The translations under genes were made by a program, and so were the position numbers. 64,000 nt of DNA from an uncultured Candidatus Bathyarchaeia archaeon (GTDB lineage Archaea > Thermoproteota > Bathyarchaeia > Bathyarchaeales > DTEX01), in the NCBI GenBank assembly GCA_964508155.1, contig CAZDRE010000001.1:69174-133173 (forward strand). Reading direction: 5' to 3'. Of the stretch, positions 60,527-64,000 are shown piece after piece. The first letter of the stretch is position 1, and every line of letters begins with the position of its first letter. The notes beneath the pieces are model-generated. The model worked only from the letters and a program-made list of their open reading frames with translations, was not told the DNA's origin and searched no databases.

Positions 60527-60695
60527 ACAGACTCATATCTTTTTTGGAAGACTCCAAAACAGCCAAAACTCGATTGGGATTCAAATCGCCAATTTATGAA
60601 CTTTATAAGGGAGGTTTTCATGGTGCCATGAAGAGATCGTCAGAATCAGAGATTTGGATTTGTGGTGGGGCCGGTCGGATTTGAACCGACGACCT

Positions 60696-60726
60696 CTACC
60701 CGATACGGGGCTTAAACCCCGCATCT
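60696..60726 (-). other. tRNA-Trp intron 3 (31 nt, 43/44 junction)
   Basis: Perfect central helix ACCC/GGGT with bulges GT|A and AG|A. The inner hairpin GATGCGGGG/CCCCGTATC is 9 bp. Confidence 0.75.
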
Positions 60727-60732
60727 ACGGGT

Positions 60733-60792
60733 TTCTTCAAGCTCCAGAACCTCATCATTCCCATGATGGGTCTGCAAACCCGTATCTGCATT
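60733..60792 (-). other. tRNA-Trp intron 2 (60 nt, canonical 37/38)
   Basis: The anticodon stem ACGGG/CCCGT serves as the outer helix. The central helix CTCC/GAAG has 3 of 4 pairs. The bulges are AG|A and AA|A. Confidence 0.7.
60737..60791 (-). ncRNA. Box C/D-like guide element embedded in tRNA-Trp intron 2
   Basis: Perfect AUGAUGA at 60752-60758. CAGA at 60771-60774 and UUGA at 60737-60740 are degenerate D'/D boxes. AUGCAGA at 60785-60791 is a weak C box. The 9-nt guides at 60776-60784 and 60741-60749 are perfectly complementary to the tRNA exons. Confidence 0.4.
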
Positions 60793-60812
60793 CTGGAGCC
60801 CGTCGTCATGCC

Positions 60813-60844
60813 GTTCCAGCAGGCCGCCGCATGGGCAAGCCGTT
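60813..60844 (-). other. tRNA-Trp intron 1 (32 nt, D-loop, after position 16)
   Basis: Helix TCTA/TGGA (one G.U) is flanked by bulges GC|A and AC|G. Removal yields D-loop AGCGGCA. Confidence 0.7.
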
Positions 60845-60886
60845 GCTAGACTACGGCCCCCAAAGAATTGTTTAATCCAGCAGCTC

Positions 60887-60897
60887 AGATATATAAG
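60887..60897 (-). promoter_or_regulatory. TATA-like box for tRNA-Trp
   Basis: The reverse strand reads CTTATATATCT, centred about 32 nt upstream of tRNA position 1 (60860). Confidence 0.35.
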
Positions 60898-60928
60898 TTA
60901 CGTTTCCCACGGAGACCTGAAACGAAAG

Positions 60929-60938
60929 ATTAAAAAAG
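60929..60938 (+). promoter_or_regulatory. TATA-like box for 5S rRNA
   Basis: ATTAAAAAAG, centred about 28 nt upstream of the 5S 5' end. Confidence 0.4.
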
Positions 60939-60960
60939 AGCGGATTCCAAATTGTGTTTC

Positions 60961-61081
60961 GGCTGCCGGCCATAGGGCGCGGGAACCACCCGAACCCATT
61001 CCGAACTCGGAAGTTAAACCGCGCTCCGTCCCTAGCGGTAGTGCAGTCTTCGGCTGCGCGAAGCTAGGGAAGCCGGCAGCC
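60961..61081 (+). rRNA. rrf: 5S ribosomal RNA
   Basis: GGCTGCCGGCCATAGGGCGCGGGAACCACCCGAACCCATTCCGAACTCGGAAGTTAAACCGCGC...GAAGCCGGCAGCC. Helix I pairs GGCTGCCGGC with GCCGGCAGCC. The loop C/E signatures CCGAAC and GAAGTTAA are present. Confidence 0.9.
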
Positions 61082-61083
61082 AC

Positions 61084-62322
61084 CTATTCTATGATCGGCT
61101 TGAACCTTCCGGTTCTCATGAATTCCTCATGGTCGTATATCCTTACGCCCCTTACAACCCTCGTTATGACTCCCTTCTCGCTTGGATTATCAGGCTTCAA
61201 GCCTAGATTTAACGATTTAAATAGAGCTAGCATCTGAGCGACTATAACGTCGACTATTGGCCTACACTTATCCGGAATGCTGAGTTTCCCTTCAGGGTCA
61301 AGCTCTATTACGTGATCAACGTATCTGCTGATCTCCTCGGTCGATCTATTACAGACCGCTATCTTCACAAGCCCTAAACGCTTAAGATGCAGATCCCTCA
61401 TGAGGTCAAGTTCATACCTCCGAGTGAACGGATCATTCGAGACGTAGAATACAAGTATTGATTTGTCGTTCACAGCGACTTCAGGTCCATGCCTCAGCCC
61501 CATATACGAGTCCGACTTGCATATGACCCTGCCAGCCGTTAACTCCTGAAGTTTTAGGCTTGACTCGACTGCGCATCCATAAAGCGAGCCGCTTCCAAGG
61601 AAAAATGCCCTATCAAAGTTCAACTCTGAGACTTCCCTGAGTAGGGCTGAGTATCTCATGATAAGGCCTTCTGCAGCCTCGGATAGGCTCCTAATTATGC
61701 CCTCGTACTCCTCTGGTTCTCTGATATACGCCAAGAACTGCGCCGTTGAGGTCATGGTAGTGAAGGATGAAGTCATGGCTAAACCCCTATCATTCGCCTC
61801 ATCTGGACATAATAGGACAAGGGAATTTTCAAGGCCACTGGCCATCTGTGCAAGCTTCCCATGCCTATTACACGAGACGATTATGTGATTCACTCCCTTA
61901 AGGAATCTATTCGCCAACAGTATTGCCCCAATGCTTTCCGGACTGTTTCCCGATCTAGAGAAAGAGATCATAGTAGTATCGAATTCGCTTAATAAGATCG
62001 ATCTCCAATCCGTGATTATCTCAGTTGATCCCCTAGTCTCAGCTATTCTCCTCCACTTACTTCTTAGGAGGCCCTCAACTGAGAGGCCTATGAATTTCGA
62101 TGTTCCAGCGCCTGAAAGTATTACTCTGACAGGGCCTTTCTCAAGGATCCTCTCCTCAATGAAACCTCTGATCTCATCCTCCATCTTCTTCAGCATCTCG
62201 AAGTTTTTCATCCATACCTTGGGCTGATGGAATATCTCCTTAGGCGTGAATTCTATCCCCAAGGATCTGCGGGTCTCCAGTGGCAGCTTAACCAATTCTT
62301 TCAGGGCTGACGAGGCGCTCAC
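61084..62322 (-). CDS. Double-SIS-domain sugar-phosphate isomerase/deaminase (AgaS/FrlB-like)
   Basis: 412 aa. The N-terminus TPKEIFHQPKVW resembles AgaS. It is followed by GAGTSKFIG and a second SIS repeat GSGSLYG. Confidence 0.75.
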   Translation of the reverse strand: MSASSALKELVKLPLETRRSLGIEFTPKEIFHQPKVWMKNFEMLKKMEDEIRGFIEERILEKGPVRVILSGAGTSKFIGLSVEGLLRSKWRRIAETRGSTEIITDWRSILLSEFDTTMISFSRSGNSPESIGAILLANRFLKGVNHIIVSCNRHGKLAQMASGLENSLVLLCPDEANDRGLAMTSSFTTMTSTAQFLAYIREPEEYEGIIRSLSEAAEGLIMRYSALLREVSELNFDRAFFLGSGSLYGCAVESSLKLQELTAGRVICKSDSYMGLRHGPEVAVNDKSILVFYVSNDPFTRRYELDLMRDLHLKRLGLVKIAVCNRSTEEISRYVDHVIELDPEGKLSIPDKCRPIVDVIVAQMLALFKSLNLGLKPDNPSEKGVITRVVRGVRIYDHEEFMRTGRFKPIIE

Positions 62323-63257
62323 CTCCCATGATGCTCACGCATAAACCTCAATACGGCTTCCTCCGTGATCTTCCCTCCAGCCCCGCCGAGATACAGGCAC
62401 GAAAGAGCCCCCATGGCATTCGCGAACCTCAATGAAACGTCAAGGCCCATATTTCTGCATAAGTAGTAGTATATGAATCCAGCGTCAAATGAGTCTCCTG
62501 CTCCAGTCGTGTCTATAGGGCTTATTCTGATAGGCTCCGCCCTGACGATCCTGCCCCCTCCCATGCCGACGGCTCCCTTCGACCCAAGCTTCACGGCTAA
62601 AACCTCAACTCTCGAGCCGATCTTTTCTATGGCCTCATTCAGGCTTGAGGCCTCAGCTATTCCCATAGCTTCCCTCTCATTTGGGAGGAAGATATCAGTG
62701 TGCTTGAGTATCTCCCATATGTGCTCGTATCTTCCAGAGGGATCATCCTGAGTGTCCAGCGATGTCGTAAGCCCCATCATCTTGGCCTCCCTAAAGATCT
62801 TAGGTATGTAACCTAGGATCCTCGGCTGAAAATATATCGAGGATATATGCACATGATCATACTCGCATAGTATCTCGGATCGTATATCTGAAGGCCTTAA
62901 GGCCCCAATGCTCCCCATGAACGTTATTAGAGCCTTATCCTCGGGGTATGTAAGCGAGATCGTAACTCCAGTTCGAATATCATCTCTGATTATCACGTGA
63001 TCCACGCCGACACCATTTGCACGCAGAGTCTCCAAGACTATTCTGCCATGATAATCATCTCCGACAACCCCCAGAATATCGACTTGAGCTCCGAGCTGAC
63101 CGAGCCTGCAAGCGAAGATCGATGTTGATCCTCCCATCACCGTCCTTACATCTTCGCAGCGGATCTCACGTCCCATCCGCGGAAACTCTTTCATGCCGCT
63201 TACAATTATGTCTACATTCAAGTCTCCGATTGCCAGGACCCTCTTCAAGCCGTCCAC
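62319..63257 (-). CDS. PfkB-family carbohydrate kinase
   Basis: 312 aa. Has GDLNVDIIV at the N-terminus and DTTGAGDSF near the C-terminus. Overlaps the SIS gene by 4 nt. Confidence 0.85.
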   Translation of the reverse strand: MDGLKRVLAIGDLNVDIIVSGMKEFPRMGREIRCEDVRTVMGGSTSIFACRLGQLGAQVDILGVVGDDYHGRIVLETLRANGVGVDHVIIRDDIRTGVTISLTYPEDKALITFMGSIGALRPSDIRSEILCEYDHVHISSIYFQPRILGYIPKIFREAKMMGLTTSLDTQDDPSGRYEHIWEILKHTDIFLPNEREAMGIAEASSLNEAIEKIGSRVEVLAVKLGSKGAVGMGGGRIVRAEPIRISPIDTTGAGDSFDAGFIYYYLCRNMGLDVSLRFANAMGALSCLYLGGAGGKITEEAVLRFMREHHGR

Positions 63258-63413
63258 CAGAGAAGACTATCCCCCTAGCCCTTAAAAATGAAATGGATTT
63301 AAATTTTAATTCCAAATCCAGAATTATTGGCTAAGACTGCCGAAGGGGACAAAGATTTATTCAGAAAATTATATCATTATGATCTTAATGGGGGGTATTT
63401 TTTGATTCATAAA

Positions 63414-64000
63414 ATGAGACGCGCCGCTATTCTAGTCATTCCTCTTTTAGTCTTAATCTCGCCGTATCTATGGGTGAAAACCTCCTATGCGCTTACAGTT
63501 AAAGTTTCAGGCAGAGTTGTAGATGAAGACGGCTGCCCATTAGAGGACGTTAAGGTTGAAGCGTACGCCTACGATGAGACGTATGGAATTGAAGTTCACA
63601 TTGGACGGGCTTGGACTGATCATAACGGCTCATTCAATATGAAATTGAGCGTCGGGAGGGAATACACGCTTAAGTTCATAAAGAGCGGATATGCCGAAGC
63701 AAGCAAGAAGATAAGCGTGGGCATATACGGAACTGGCAGAGTTGATCTGGGCAACATAACCCTTCTTAGGTCTATAAGGCTCTTCTCGACAATCCTAAGC
63801 CTATCAGCAGACTCAGGAGAGACCATCTCGCTTCCATTCCGCATTATCAATGTAGGCGGAAGAGAAGAGATTATTGAACTTGAGGTTTCCAGTCCACCGG
63901 GATGGACTACCAGAATCTTAGATCAAGCTGACCGCGAAGTTAGGAAGATAAAGATATCATCGGGTGGAAGCCTAAATCTACGATTAGAAGCTTCGATTCC
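63414..64000 (+). CDS. Secreted/surface protein with carboxypeptidase-regulatory-like Ig fold (3' end beyond window)
   Basis: Not in the ORF track because it runs off the edge. Reads MRRAAILVIPLLVLISPYLWV (signal/TM), then LTVKVSGRVVDEDGCPLEDVKVEAY..GSFNMKL..YTLKFIKSGY, then a second beta-rich repeat. An alternative in-frame TTG lies at 63402. Confidence 0.6.
   Translation, partial: MRRAAILVIPLLVLISPYLWVKTSYALTVKVSGRVVDEDGCPLEDVKVEAYAYDETYGIEVHIGRAWTDHNGSFNMKLSVGREYTLKFIKSGYAEASKKISVGIYGTGRVDLGNITLLRSIRLFSTILSLSADSGETISLPFRIINVGGREEIIELEVSSPPGWTTRILDQADREVRKIKISSGGSLNLRLEASI

Larger units (their letters stand above)
60663..60860 (-). tRNA. tRNA-Trp(CCA) with three introns; exons 60845-60860, 60793-60812, 60727-60732, 60663-60695; CCA encoded
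   Basis: The spliced product is GGGGCCG TA GTCT AGCGGCA TGAC G ACGGG CTCCAGA CCCGT AGGTC GTCGG TTCAAAT CCGAC CGGCCCC A CCA (75 nt). Every junction coincides with the second/third nucleotide of a 3-nt bulge next to a 4-bp helix. Confidence 0.8.

Noticed and set aside
60663-60860. Alternative reading of the long tRNA gene as tRNA-Cys(GCA). It would use the perfect 9-bp helix GCTCCAGAA/TTCTGGAGC as the anticodon stem (CCAGA/TCTGG, loop ATGCAGA).
   Set aside because: This model needs a D-stem with two G.U pairs and gives no sensible D-loop. Its splice sites do not fall in BHB bulges. The Trp(CCA) model yields a complete cloverleaf with all three junctions at rule-conforming bulge positions. The 9-bp helix is better explained as intron-exon (guide-like) pairing.
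60654-61083. ORF-track entries 60654..60875 (+, 73 aa) and 60898..61083 (-, 61 aa).
   Set aside because: They overlap the tRNA-Trp gene and lie antisense to the 5S rRNA respectively. They are artefacts of structured-RNA genes.

Overview
Archaeal chromosomal window, about 48% GC and densely coded. The archaeal call rests on PurP, Dph2, L10e, Cdc48/VAT, TmcA, archaeal-type PPAT, an archaeal 5S rRNA and tRNAs with bulge-helix-bulge (BHB) introns. Multi-intron tRNAs and an apparent mRNA intron suggest a crenarchaeal/TACK lineage of the Thermofilum/Thermoproteales kind; this is inference only. Content in order:
- A metallocentre-maturation island: three CooC paralogs, CooT, MoaA and a NifX-like protein.
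- A GH116 glycosidase and an ABC-2 exporter.
- An Lrp-type regulator next to a radical SAM/SPASM enzyme.
- A thiolase/DUF35 pair.
- A tmcA-ASCH RNA acetylation pair.
- A CoA salvage module: S-component-like transporter, type II PanK and PPAT.
- An Opp/Dpp peptide ABC operon.
- A purine block: MTAP, two PurP, PurM, PurC and PurE.
- CoA-disulfide reductase, Cdc48, pcm, rpiA, dph2, ppsA and rpl10e.
- A GH38/EEP/PIG-L glycan cluster.
- A polyferredoxin-HdrA(MvhD)-HdrC-HdrB operon.
- An orphan 5S rRNA and an AgaS/PfkB sugar pair.

Four tRNAs are present: Thr, initiator Met, Gly and Trp. The most unusual signals are RNA-level:
1. The protein-coding gene pcm is interrupted by a 31-nt element that folds into a canonical BHB splicing motif. 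The rule-predicted cut sites restore the frame and the conserved SAPHMV motif.
2. The tRNA-Trp gene is 198 nt long and carries three BHB introns.
3. The middle tRNA-Trp intron has a box C/D-like guide complementary to the tRNA's own positions 34/35 and 39.

No CRISPR array, transposase or integrase was recognised.
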